A stretch of DNA of 32,382 nucleotides from contig DKNS01000101.1 in the NCBI GenBank assembly GCA_002469765.1, positions 7,041-39,422 on the forward strand. Direction: 5' to 3'. Under the pieces are notes generated by a model. It ran no database searches, was not told the DNA's origin, and was given only the letters and a program-made list of their open reading frames with translations. The position numbers and the translations under genes are program-made. The number at the start of each line of letters is the position of its first letter. Position 1 is the first letter of the stretch. Below are positions 8,389 through 16,661 of this stretch, piece by piece. Source of the DNA: Flavobacteriales bacterium UBA7382 (GTDB taxonomy: Bacteria > Bacteroidota > Bacteroidia > Flavobacteriales_D > Sanyastnellaceae).

Positions 8389-10481
8389 TGAAGCCCGGCG
8401 CCCACATTGACCACTTCGACGAACGGATTGCAGAAGACCTCGAGTTCGATGTCATTCGCGAATTGCTTCTGGAACTGGCGGGATGCGAAAGCAGCGAGAA
8501 GCGTGCCCGCACGCTGACCCCAAGCAAAGACCGCGCCTGGGTCATTCGCACCCTCGAAGAAACGGACGAGATGCAGCGCATTCGATCCGGAGGAACGGGC
8601 TGGCCCATGCTGGAATTCGACGAACTCAAGCGGGAAATCAAGCTCCTCGGCGTGCGAGACAGCGTTCTGGACGAGGCCGGTTTTCGGCGTATCTCCACAG
8701 CATCGCGCGTCATGAATCAAGTGCTGGTGGTTTTGGCAGAGAGCGACATGCCCTGGCCTCGCTTGGAGGCGGTGGTGGAGGGACAAGAGCCCAGCACGGA
8801 GTTGATCGAAGCCATCGACGCCGTCTTCGACGCCAAAGGGCACATCCGCGACAACGCCTCACCCGAGCTCGAAGCCATTCGCATTGACCTGACTTCGACG
8901 CGCCGGAAAATCAACCGGTCCTTCCTGCGTGCCATGAAGCACGTTCAAGAGCGCGGATACTTGGCAGACATCCGCGAGGGCTTCGTGCAGGAGCGTCGCG
9001 CCCTTGCCGTGTTGAGCAGTTACAAGCGTCAAGTCAACGGAGCCGCGCTTGGATCCTCCAACACAGGGTCGGTCACGTTCATCGAGCCGGGCGCATGCAT
9101 TCCACTCAACCACGAGCTGGAAATGCTCAAGGACGACGAACGAAAGGAAATCCGGAACATCCTTCGTCTGCTGACGCGCAACATCCGCCGACACCTCCCT
9201 CAAATCAAAGGGTACCAGCGTGGGTTGACAGAGCTTGATTGGATTGCCACGCGCGCACGCCTGGCAGCCAAACTCGAAGGAAGCTTGCCTCAGGTTAGGA
9301 AGAAGCCAGGACTTCACCTCTTGTCCGCTTACCACCCTTTGCTGCAGATGACCAATCGCCTCGCTGGCAAAGAGACACTTCCGCAGCACGTGGAACTTCA
9401 TGGCAAGCAACGAATGTTGGTCATCAGCGGCCCCAATGCTGGAGGCAAGAGCATCACGATGAAGACGGTGGGGTTGTTGCAAATGATGATTCAAAGCGGG
9501 CTTCTCGTCCCGTGCCACAACGCTTCCGAAGTTGGAATATTCGACGCCGTACTTCCAGACATAGGCGACCACCAAAGTATTGAAAACCAACTTTCTACAT
9601 ATAGTTATCGACTAGGAAGGATGAAGCACTTCCTTCGCGTTTCCGGGCCACGATCGTTGCTCTTATTGGACGAGTTTGGCACAGGGTCCGACCCTGAACT
9701 TGGCGGGGCACTGGCGGAGGTGTTCTTCGAGGAACTGTACGACAAGGGTTGCTTCGGGGTGGTCACCACCCATTACGCCAACATCAAAACCCGGGCAGCC
9801 AAATTGCCCGAAGCGTTCAATGGGAGCATGCTGTTCAACCGTGAATCCCTCGCTCCCATGTATCAATTGGAGGTGGGACAACCTGGATCGTCATTCACCT
9901 TCGAGGTGGCCGAGATCAATGGCATTGGCAGTGGCTTGATTGAACGCGCCAAAGGCAAGTTGGACAAACGCCGTGTGGAATTGGACGGTCTGTTGGGCGA
10001 CCTGCACAAAGAGAAGTCCAAGCTGGCCAAGCTGACCAACCGACAACTGCGTGCAGAACTCGAGGCCGAGAAAGCCACAGCCGAGGCAGAACGTTTGCAG
10101 TCAGCCCTGGAAGACAAGGAACGCAAGCTGAACGACCAGTTTGACCAGCTCAACACGGCGCGGGTCAGGGGCACCAAACTCAGCCAATTTGTGGACCGCT
10201 TTGAATCAGGCAAAGCGAACAAAGCCCTCCTGGAAGAAGTAAAGAGCTACTTGGCCAAGGAGAAAGCCAAAGCTGAAAAGCCCTCCAAAAAAGCCAAGGC
10301 CAAGGCCGCCAAGCGCCGCCCCAACCACCAATCGGACAAAATCGTGGTGGGCTCTCTTGTCAGACTGCGAACCGGTCAGGAACGCGGAGACGTGGTGGCC
10401 GTTCAAAGCGATCACGTGACTGTGATGTTTGGTGCTTTCAAGACGCGCGTGAAGCGCAACCAGCTCACTTGGCTCCGTTGA
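8388..10481 (+). CDS. mutS2: MutS2-family ATPase (no Smr domain visible)
   Basis: 697 aa. Motifs: Walker A ISGPNAGGKSITMKTVGL, LSTYSYRLGRM (the MutS STFxxE-type region) and Walker B LLLLDEFGTGSDPELG. A C-terminal coiled-coil and K/A-rich linker is followed by a short beta-rich tail. Its ATG overlaps the miaA stop by 1 nt (TGATG at 8386..8390). Confidence 0.9.
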   Translation: MKPGAHIDHFDERIAEDLEFDVIRELLLELAGCESSEKRARTLTPSKDRAWVIRTLEETDEMQRIRSGGTGWPMLEFDELKREIKLLGVRDSVLDEAGFRRISTASRVMNQVLVVLAESDMPWPRLEAVVEGQEPSTELIEAIDAVFDAKGHIRDNASPELEAIRIDLTSTRRKINRSFLRAMKHVQERGYLADIREGFVQERRALAVLSSYKRQVNGAALGSSNTGSVTFIEPGACIPLNHELEMLKDDERKEIRNILRLLTRNIRRHLPQIKGYQRGLTELDWIATRARLAAKLEGSLPQVRKKPGLHLLSAYHPLLQMTNRLAGKETLPQHVELHGKQRMLVISGPNAGGKSITMKTVGLLQMMIQSGLLVPCHNASEVGIFDAVLPDIGDHQSIENQLSTYSYRLGRMKHFLRVSGPRSLLLLDEFGTGSDPELGGALAEVFFEELYDKGCFGVVTTHYANIKTRAAKLPEAFNGSMLFNRESLAPMYQLEVGQPGSSFTFEVAEINGIGSGLIERAKGKLDKRRVELDGLLGDLHKEKSKLAKLTNRQLRAELEAEKATAEAERLQSALEDKERKLNDQFDQLNTARVRGTKLSQFVDRFESGKANKALLEEVKSYLAKEKAKAEKPSKKAKAKAAKRRPNHQSDKIVVGSLVRLRTGQERGDVVAVQSDHVTVMFGAFKTRVKRNQLTWLR

Positions 10482-12174
10482 CGAGAACCTTGCGGGTTGT
10501 GCTCCACCCTTCGCTCGAGGTCAACGTGAGGTAACGCATGCCTTCTCCCCAAACTTGCAAATCCAACGACAAGCGCCCTAGCACAGCTGCACCTTCTTGA
10601 ACATCCAAGACCCGCCCCATGGCGTCAAACACCCGCACCTTGACCAAGGCGTGGCCCTCGGGAATGTGAACGTCGATGCGTCCTGTGGTGGGGTTGGGGG
10701 CCACGGTCAGACCAGACAAAAACGCTTCTTCCACCGCGGTGGCTTCACATGCGTCGAAGGCATCGCAGGTCAAGGTGCCGTCCTCCGCCACATTGCGGTA
10801 GCTGCCGCCCAGACGCTCCTCACCCGAGCCCGCTGGGTCCAGCAAGACATTCAACTTTTGGCTGGCCGGCGTGGGGTTGCTGCCGTCCCAGTGGTAGCTC
10901 ATCTTCCCGTAGTAATCAGGAGCATACGGAGAGGAACAAAAGGAGGCCCCGCCGGTCAGCGTGCCCAAAATGCGGTGGTTCTCATCGAAGATGGGCGACC
11001 CTGAAGATCCACCTTCAGTTACACCGTGGTTGGTCTCTGTGGGAGACCACGTCACGCGCCAATGCGCACCCATGGCGTAGGCGTTGCTGGTGCTCAAGGA
11101 ATTGCTGAAACTGCTGACCTTCTTCAAGTCGCCTGAAGGGTGATGAATGCCTACGCCCTCATTGCCACTGAAGCCTGTGGCGTCCCATCCCGCAAAGAAC
11201 GGGCTCCATGAATCCGGAATGTTGTCCTCAACCTCCACCAACACAAAGTCGCTTCCACTGATGTTGCCATTCCCAGCAATGTCGTTGCTGTCCCCAAGAT
11301 GAATCACCCCTGTACGCTGGGGGGCAAACGTGGACGACGTCGAGGCGCAGTCCGCGCCCTGGTAGTTGAAGCGCACCTGAAGGAATGCCCACTCGTCCTC
11401 GTCCACATCGTTGACGCAGTGGAACGAGCTCAGCAGCAGCTGCCGACAATCCAACGCGGTGTTGTTCACCATGGAGCCCGAGCAGAAGTAGATCCCACCG
11501 TTCTGAGTGATCTGCAACCGCACGACGGCCGATTTTTCGCACTCCCAACTGTCGCCTTCTGGACAGTTCACGTTGACCTGGCATTCTTCCGCCCCCCCGC
11601 GTTCGATGGCCGATGCCCACGGCTCGGGATAGCGCATGTTGCGGGCAAAGTAGCCCACCCCAGAAATCTCCAAAGACGCCAACTCGGTCAGCCCAACTGG
11701 GGCGCGGTAGGTCATCACCACCTCGTCCCCAGGCACGTCCCGGTTGACCCAGCGGCCGTGGTCGTTGTTTTCAAACGACGTGACAGGACCGTCGACCCAG
11801 GTCTCCTCGAATTTGGACTCCGGCGTGGAGAAGTAAAGCTCGCCGCCAGCCGGCACATGGAAGGCATCAAAATACACGTTCAGCCCCACAGCCCCCTCGG
11901 CACGAACGGTCAAGGTCCACACTTCATGACCCCCACTGACACCGCGGTCCGCCAACTCGAAAAAGTCCGCCTGGGTGGGCAACACCACCCCAACCATGTC
12001 CCTTCCCTCCTTCTCCGAGCGGTCTTCCATCATGGCCGTCGCTTCCGACAAATCAGGCGTGTTCACGACCAGTTCAGCTTGGGCCCAAACTCCACTGCCA
12101 ACCATCACGCCAAGCGTGAGGGCCACCGCCGCTTTGGCGGTTTGCCAAATTCCTTCAATTCCTTGTGCAATCAT
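10465..12174 (-). CDS. Secreted trypsin-fold (S1, lysyl-endopeptidase-like) serine protease with T9SS type-A C-terminal sorting domain
   Basis: ORF 10465..12495 trimmed to the ATG at 12174 (MIAQGIEGIWQTAKAAVALTLGVMVGSGVWAQA, signal peptide). Catalytic-triad contexts are SSFHCVND, SDFVLVEV and TEGGSSGSPIF. The last ~84 aa (LTVAPNPTTGRIDVHIP...VRVFDAMGRVL...MRYLTLTS) match the Por secretion tail pattern. Confidence 0.85.
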   Translation of the reverse strand: MIAQGIEGIWQTAKAAVALTLGVMVGSGVWAQAELVVNTPDLSEATAMMEDRSEKEGRDMVGVVLPTQADFFELADRGVSGGHEVWTLTVRAEGAVGLNVYFDAFHVPAGGELYFSTPESKFEETWVDGPVTSFENNDHGRWVNRDVPGDEVVMTYRAPVGLTELASLEISGVGYFARNMRYPEPWASAIERGGAEECQVNVNCPEGDSWECEKSAVVRLQITQNGGIYFCSGSMVNNTALDCRQLLLSSFHCVNDVDEDEWAFLQVRFNYQGADCASTSSTFAPQRTGVIHLGDSNDIAGNGNISGSDFVLVEVEDNIPDSWSPFFAGWDATGFSGNEGVGIHHPSGDLKKVSSFSNSLSTSNAYAMGAHWRVTWSPTETNHGVTEGGSSGSPIFDENHRILGTLTGGASFCSSPYAPDYYGKMSYHWDGSNPTPASQKLNVLLDPAGSGEERLGGSYRNVAEDGTLTCDAFDACEATAVEEAFLSGLTVAPNPTTGRIDVHIPEGHALVKVRVFDAMGRVLDVQEGAAVLGRLSLDLQVWGEGMRYLTLTSSEGWSTTRKVLVNGAK

Positions 12175-12225
12175 GGCCACCAAGATACCCTCACTTGCAC
12201 TTCTCTCCTGTATTTTCACGGACCC

Positions 12226-13863
12226 ATGACCTCTTCTTTTTGCACCCCCCGTCTTCCTGTTTGGATGCTCCTGATGGCGCTGCTTGTCCCGGGACCTTTG
12301 CGGGCCCAAACCGACACCCCCGAAGACATGACGCCTCAAGAGGCGGCCCAAAAGTTTGGGACCCTCATGCGTTACATAGGACAGCTGTACGTCGACAGCG
12401 TCAACGTCCAAGAACTCGCGGAGCAAGCCATTGTGAAGATGCTCGAGAACCTCGATCCCCACTCGGTGTATTTTTCTGCCGAAGAACTTAGGCAAGCGGA
12501 CGAGCCCCTCAACGGCAACTTCGACGGCATCGGCGTGCAGTTCAACATCTTCAAGGACACCATCATGGTGGTCTCCCCAATCAGCGGAGGGCCCTCAGAG
12601 CGTCTAGGCATTCGGTCGGGAGATCGTTTTGTGGAAGTCGACGGCGACAACGTCGCAGGCATCGGCATCACGAACAAAGACGTCATGAAGCTGCTCAAGG
12701 GCCCCAAAGGCACGGTCGTGCAAGTGGGTGTGAAGCGAGTGGGCGAACCTGAGCTCATCACCTTCGACATCGTACGCGACAAAATCCCGATTTACAGCAT
12801 CGACGCCGCCCACATGGTCGACGACAAGGTGGGCTACATCAAGGTCAGCCGGTTCGCCAAAACCACCATGAACGAGTTCCGGGAGGCCTTGGTGGACTTG
12901 AAAGACGAAGGAATGAAGGACCTCGTCCTGGACCTGCAAGGCAACGGAGGCGGGATGCTCCGTACGGCCATCGCGATGTCAGATGAATTCTTGAGCGGCG
13001 ACAAACTCATTGTGTACACGGAAGGGCGGGCCTTCGAGCGAGAGAACACCTACGCCCAATACAAAGGGCTTTTTGAGAAAGGACGCCTTGTGGTGCTCAT
13101 CGACGAAGCTTCTGCCAGCGCAAGCGAAATCGTCTCTGGAGCGGTGCAAGACTGGGACCGCGGATTGGTGATGGGGCGACGGAGCTTCGGTAAAGGCCTC
13201 GTGCAGCGCCCCATGCGCCTGCCCGACGGAAGCGCTGTCCGTTTGACGGTGCAGAAGTACTTCACGCCTGCTGGACGTTGCATTCAAAAGCCTTACGACG
13301 ACGGTGTGGAAGCCTACCGCAAGGAGAAGTTTGAACGTTACGAGCGTGGCGAATTGCTCAGCTTGGACAGCCTGGAGCTGCCGGACAGCCTCATGCACCA
13401 AACCCGCATTCAAGGCCGACCGGTCTACGGCGGCGGTGGCATCTTGCCTGACCTTTTCGTGCCAATCGACACCGCCTACAACTCCCCCACATTCAGCCGC
13501 ATCCTGCGCAAGGGATTGTGCAGCCGTTACGCCCTGACAGAGGTGGACGCGGATCGGGACGCTTGGGAGGCCCGCCACCTGTCAGAAGATCACTTCGTCG
13601 AAGACATGGCCTTCAACCAGGAAGAAATTGCCGCGTTCAAAGCATTCGTGTTGGAGGAAGGCGTGACGGTGGACGACGCAGAGTGGACGCGTTCGTTGCC
13701 TGCCATCGAAATGAGACTCAAGGCCTTCTACGGTCGGAACATTTACAACAACCGGACATTTTACCGTGTGATTGGCGGACTCAACGAGACCCTCCAAGAG
13801 GCCATCGGTGTTTTGAACGGTGGCACGTTCAAGTCTGTGAACTTGGCCCACAAGACCTTCTGA
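12226..13863 (+). CDS. S41 family carboxy-terminal processing peptidase (Ctp/Prc-like) with PDZ domain
   Basis: ORF 11299..13863 trimmed to the ATG at 12226 (MTSSFCTPRLPVWMLLMALLVPGPLRAQ, signal peptide). Motifs: FDGIGVQF; a PDZ-like segment SPISGGPSERLGIRSGDRFVEVDG; LVLDLQGNGGG; and IDEASASASEIVSGA...GRRSFGKGLVQ (Ser/Lys dyad context). Confidence 0.9.
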   Translation: MTSSFCTPRLPVWMLLMALLVPGPLRAQTDTPEDMTPQEAAQKFGTLMRYIGQLYVDSVNVQELAEQAIVKMLENLDPHSVYFSAEELRQADEPLNGNFDGIGVQFNIFKDTIMVVSPISGGPSERLGIRSGDRFVEVDGDNVAGIGITNKDVMKLLKGPKGTVVQVGVKRVGEPELITFDIVRDKIPIYSIDAAHMVDDKVGYIKVSRFAKTTMNEFREALVDLKDEGMKDLVLDLQGNGGGMLRTAIAMSDEFLSGDKLIVYTEGRAFERENTYAQYKGLFEKGRLVVLIDEASASASEIVSGAVQDWDRGLVMGRRSFGKGLVQRPMRLPDGSAVRLTVQKYFTPAGRCIQKPYDDGVEAYRKEKFERYERGELLSLDSLELPDSLMHQTRIQGRPVYGGGGILPDLFVPIDTAYNSPTFSRILRKGLCSRYALTEVDADRDAWEARHLSEDHFVEDMAFNQEEIAAFKAFVLEEGVTVDDAEWTRSLPAIEMRLKAFYGRNIYNNRTFYRVIGGLNETLQEAIGVLNGGTFKSVNLAHKTF

Positions 13864-13873
13864 AAAGGCCCCT

Positions 13874-13881
13874 TATTTTTG
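13874..13881 (+). promoter_or_regulatory. Candidate Bacteroidota -7 promoter element (TAnnTTTG) upstream of the DUF1573 gene
   Basis: TATTTTTG lies 24 nt upstream of the ATG at 13905, in the 41-nt gap after the S41 gene. It is a single 8-mer match with no experimental support. Confidence 0.3.
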
Positions 13882-13904
13882 ACTCAAAATCAATCTTTCT
13901 ACAC

Positions 13905-14426
13905 ATGCGTTTTTCTTTCACCACTGTGATTCTGGCCGCGTTGACGCTCGGATTCGCTTCATGCAACGAAGGCGGCGACACCTCTGTGGAGTCCAAGCCC
14001 ATGACCAGCTCAGACAAGGCCACCCCTGCTGCGCCCGCGGTCAACGCCAAACCCCAAGCGTTTGACCCCGCCAAGGATGCGGCCCAAGCGCCTGCTGGCC
14101 CAACCACTTCCATGGTTTTCGACACCTATGAACACGACTTTGGCACCCTGGACGAGGGCGATGCCGTGACCCACTTGTTCTCGTTCACCAACACCGGCAG
14201 CGAACCTCTTCTCCTCGAGAAGTGCAAAGGATCATGCGGGTGCACCGTGCCTAAGTGCCCCAAGACACCCATCGCTCCTGGTGCCCAGGGTGAGATTGAA
14301 GTCAAGTTCAATTCCAAAGGCAAGAAGAACAACCAGACCAAGACGGTCACCATCAACGCCAACACAGACCCCTCTCAAACAATCTTGAAGATCAAGGCGT
14401 TTGTGAACCCGGCCGAGACCAAGTAA
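13905..14426 (+). CDS. DUF1573 domain lipoprotein
   Basis: ORF 13518..14426 trimmed to the ATG at 13905. MRFSFTTVILAALTLGFASC is a lipoprotein signal. A P/A-rich linker is followed by HDFGTLDEGDAVTHLFSFTNTGSEPLLLEKCKGSCGCTVP...GEIEVKF, the DUF1573 signature. Confidence 0.85.
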   Translation: MRFSFTTVILAALTLGFASCNEGGDTSVESKPMTSSDKATPAAPAVNAKPQAFDPAKDAAQAPAGPTTSMVFDTYEHDFGTLDEGDAVTHLFSFTNTGSEPLLLEKCKGSCGCTVPKCPKTPIAPGAQGEIEVKFNSKGKKNNQTKTVTINANTDPSQTILKIKAFVNPAETK

Positions 14427-14443
14427 GGCTCGAAGACTGCATG

Positions 14444-14472
14444 AAAAAGCCACCCCGAGGGGTGGCTTTTTT
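14444..14472. terminator. Bidirectional rho-independent terminator between convergent genes
   Basis: aaaaAGCCACCCcgagGGGTGGCTttttt. The GC-rich stem of 8-9 bp has an A-run on one side and a T-run on the other. It lies between the stops at 14426 (+) and 14490 (-). Confidence 0.7.
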
Positions 14473-14489
14473 CGTGTCCAAGACTTTGG

Positions 14490-14723
14490 TTATTGGAGCA
14501 AGGCGTCGATGTCTTGAGCAAGCTCGTGGTCCTTGCGTGTGACCACACCCCCTGCGTCGTGCGTGTGCAATTCAACGCGCACATAGCTGAACGTGTTCAC
14601 CATGGTGGGATGATGGGCATGGGACTCAGCCAAGAATGCCACACGCGTCATGAAGGTGAAGGCTTCTTGGAAGTCTTTGAAGCGGAATTCCCGCACAAGT
14701 CGGTTGTCACGTTCTGTCCACAT
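14490..14723 (-). CDS. Pterin-4-alpha-carbinolamine dehydratase (PCD/DCoH family)
   Basis: 77 aa. LVREFRFKDFQEAFTFMTRVAFLAESHAHHPTMVNTFSYVRVELHTHDAGGVT is the canonical PCD core, including the HHP motif. Confidence 0.9.
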   Translation of the reverse strand: MWTERDNRLVREFRFKDFQEAFTFMTRVAFLAESHAHHPTMVNTFSYVRVELHTHDAGGVVTRKDHELAQDIDALLQ

Positions 14724-14751
14724 GGCTTGTCGTTTGCTCCAAAGTAACGCA

Positions 14752-14778
14752 AAAAGGCGCGGTTCGACCGCGCCTTTG
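14752..14778 (-). terminator. Rho-independent terminator (minus strand) after the transglutaminase-like gene
   Basis: The minus strand reads AAAGGCGCGGtcgaaCCGCGCCTTTTT. The stem is 7 GC-rich bp plus AAA/TTT, followed by a T-run. It lies 21 nt after the stop at 14799 and upstream of the PCD gene. Confidence 0.6.
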
Positions 14779-14798
14779 CATTCTCTTGCGTTTGAAGG

Positions 14799-15764
14799 TC
14801 AGTGGGTCCCCCCGAGCGATGCGCCGTCGTTGTGGTCGTCCACGTCGGTTGAGGTCTCGGTCGAGGCCGTTTCAGTGGCGCCACTTTCGACGAAGAGCAA
14901 CAGCTCACGCATCTTCTCTGCCTCGCGGATGAACCCGTTGCGCTCCAAGCCATACGCCACATTGCCAATCAACCGACGGACAATGTCCACGCTGCCACAG
15001 GGCCCGCAGTTCTTTTCGTCCACGGGCAGTTCCAGGTGGCTCAAAAATTCGCTCACCTCGGCTTTGTTGATGACCGTACCCTGACTGAAGGGATTGATGT
15101 AAAAGAGCACCCCCCCCGGCGTTTGGTTGTCCGGCGCACCCAATTCGTGGTGCACGTGATGCTCGTCGCAGTAGCACAGGATGAAGTGGTTGGGAAGGTT
15201 GACCCCGTGGATGGGCAAATTCAAATCCTGGGCCAAGCTCAAGTACAAAATGCCCAACCCCAACGGGTTGCCTTTCTTCTCGCCCAGCACATGTCCCACG
15301 AGAGCATGCTTGGGGTCAGGTTGGCCGCTTTTGGCGTTGGTGTACCCTTCTGCGTCAAACAAAATGTGGTTGAGGATGCGCACTTGCTCCAATGCTGTGA
15401 ACTCCTCGTTCAATTCCAACCAAACATCGCGCTTGAGCTTGACGTATGCCTCCCGAACCTCGTCCATGTTCAAGAGCGGGTCGGCCGCCTTGTGGACCCA
15501 CAACGCACCTTCGATGGCACTCTCCGCACCGCAGTCAAACCAATCGCGAAGTCCCTGGTGTACGTACGCGCCGTGCAACCCATCCACCAACTCGTCCATG
15601 CGACGCTCGTGTTCTGGACATTGGGCGTGAGACTCCCGAGATTCGAGCAAGGCTGGCAGCACCTCTGTGCCTCGGGCCAGCAGCTGATCCCTCACATGTT
15701 TGTACACCCCTTCGTCAGGGTCATCGAGCAATTGAATCAGCGCGTGAATTTCGTTGGGTTGCAT
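14799..15764 (-). CDS. Transglutaminase-like / SirB1-N family protein
   Basis: 321 aa. The central KKGNPLGLGILYLSLAQDLNLPIHGVNLPNHFIL matches the SirB1-type transglutaminase-like pattern (GNPisL..ly..va..lglp..gv..PgHf). The C-terminal tail is acidic and Thr-rich. Confidence 0.75.
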   Translation of the reverse strand: MQPNEIHALIQLLDDPDEGVYKHVRDQLLARGTEVLPALLESRESHAQCPEHERRMDELVDGLHGAYVHQGLRDWFDCGAESAIEGALWVHKAADPLLNMDEVREAYVKLKRDVWLELNEEFTALEQVRILNHILFDAEGYTNAKSGQPDPKHALVGHVLGEKKGNPLGLGILYLSLAQDLNLPIHGVNLPNHFILCYCDEHHVHHELGAPDNQTPGGVLFYINPFSQGTVINKAEVSEFLSHLELPVDEKNCGPCGSVDIVRRLIGNVAYGLERNGFIREAEKMRELLLFVESGATETASTETSTDVDDHNDGASLGGTH

Positions 15765-15911
15765 TCTGGCAGATTGTTAGGTCTGCTCCAAAGCTACCGG
15801 CCACCTTCACACCTTGCCGGAGACCCCATGTGCAGTTTTCACATTGGTTGTGTTAATCGCCCTATCTTCCATTTTGTGAGTCCAACCACCTCCACCACGA
15901 CCTCCCCAGAC

Positions 15912-16655
15912 ATGGTCACCGATCGCATGCGGATCACCTACGCCCTCTGGTTCACCATGGCCTTTTTGTTGGCCATTTGGGGAGTGTATGCCTTGAATGA
16001 AATGTTGGAACTGGGCTGGCGCAAACACGGAATGCACCCCAGACAATGGGACGGGCTGCGAGGCATCTTCACCTACCCTTTCCTCCACGGCGACCTCGGC
16101 CACCTGTGGAACAACACCATGAGCTTCTTCACGCTCAACGGATTCTTGTTCTATTTCTACCGAAGCATTGCCCTTCGGGTTTGGGTGTGGCTGTTCCTCT
16201 GCAGCGGCCTGTTGCTTTGGGGCCTAGCCGTGGATGGCAACCACATTGGGGCCAGTGGCCTCATTTACGGTTTGGCGGCTTTCCTGTTCATGAGCGGAGT
16301 CATACGCAACAACCGAATGTTGCTTCGAGTGAGCCTTGCCGTGGCCTTCCTGTATGGTGGCATCGTATGGTGGATGTTGCCAATCGACGACCATGTCAGC
16401 TGGGAGGGCCACCTCAGCGGGGCCATCGTGGGTGCGGTGCTGGCCATCGCGTTTCGACGCCAGGGGCCACAAGACCCCACTTACCAATTTGAAAAAGAAC
16501 CCGAGGACGCGCCGTTGCCGGATTGGTGGACACGCGCCCACCCAGAACATCCCGACACGCTGGCCCAAAAAGAAAAAGAGGACCCGGCCGCAACCCCATC
16601 CTCTTTTCAGTCCAACACGGGTGTCCCGACGTTCAATTCGTCGAGCACGTCTTGA
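15912..16655 (+). CDS. Rhomboid family intramembrane serine protease
   Basis: ORF 15036..16655 is mostly antisense to the previous gene. The real part has multiple TM helices, FTYPFLHGDLGHLWNNM, catalytic Ser in HIGASGLIYGL and His in WEGHLSGAIVG. The start is ambiguous: in-frame ATGs occur at 15828, 15912 and 15927. Confidence 0.8.
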   Translation: MVTDRMRITYALWFTMAFLLAIWGVYALNEMLELGWRKHGMHPRQWDGLRGIFTYPFLHGDLGHLWNNTMSFFTLNGFLFYFYRSIALRVWVWLFLCSGLLLWGLAVDGNHIGASGLIYGLAAFLFMSGVIRNNRMLLRVSLAVAFLYGGIVWWMLPIDDHVSWEGHLSGAIVGAVLAIAFRRQGPQDPTYQFEKEPEDAPLPDWWTRAHPEHPDTLAQKEKEDPAATPSSFQSNTGVPTFNSSSTS

Positions 16656-16661
16656 CGGCGA

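Noticed and set aside
10255-10320. AAG/GCC-rich repetitive-looking stretch
   Set aside because: It is in frame within mutS2 and encodes a K/A-rich linker (KEKAKAEKPSKKAKAKAAKRR). This is a low-complexity coding region, not a DNA repeat element.
11299-12225. 309-codon N-terminal extension of the S41 peptidase ORF (track ORF 11299..13863)
   Set aside because: It is entirely antisense to the well-supported S1 protease gene and is R/H/G/P-rich with no motifs. A clean signal peptide begins at the ATG at 12226. This is a typical open antisense frame in GC-rich DNA.
15036-15827. Long N-terminal extension of the rhomboid ORF (track ORF 15036..16655)
   Set aside because: It is antisense to the transglutaminase-like gene. 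Its composition (V/H/Q/R-rich) is not membrane-protein-like, and the rhomboid TM core starts only after 15912.
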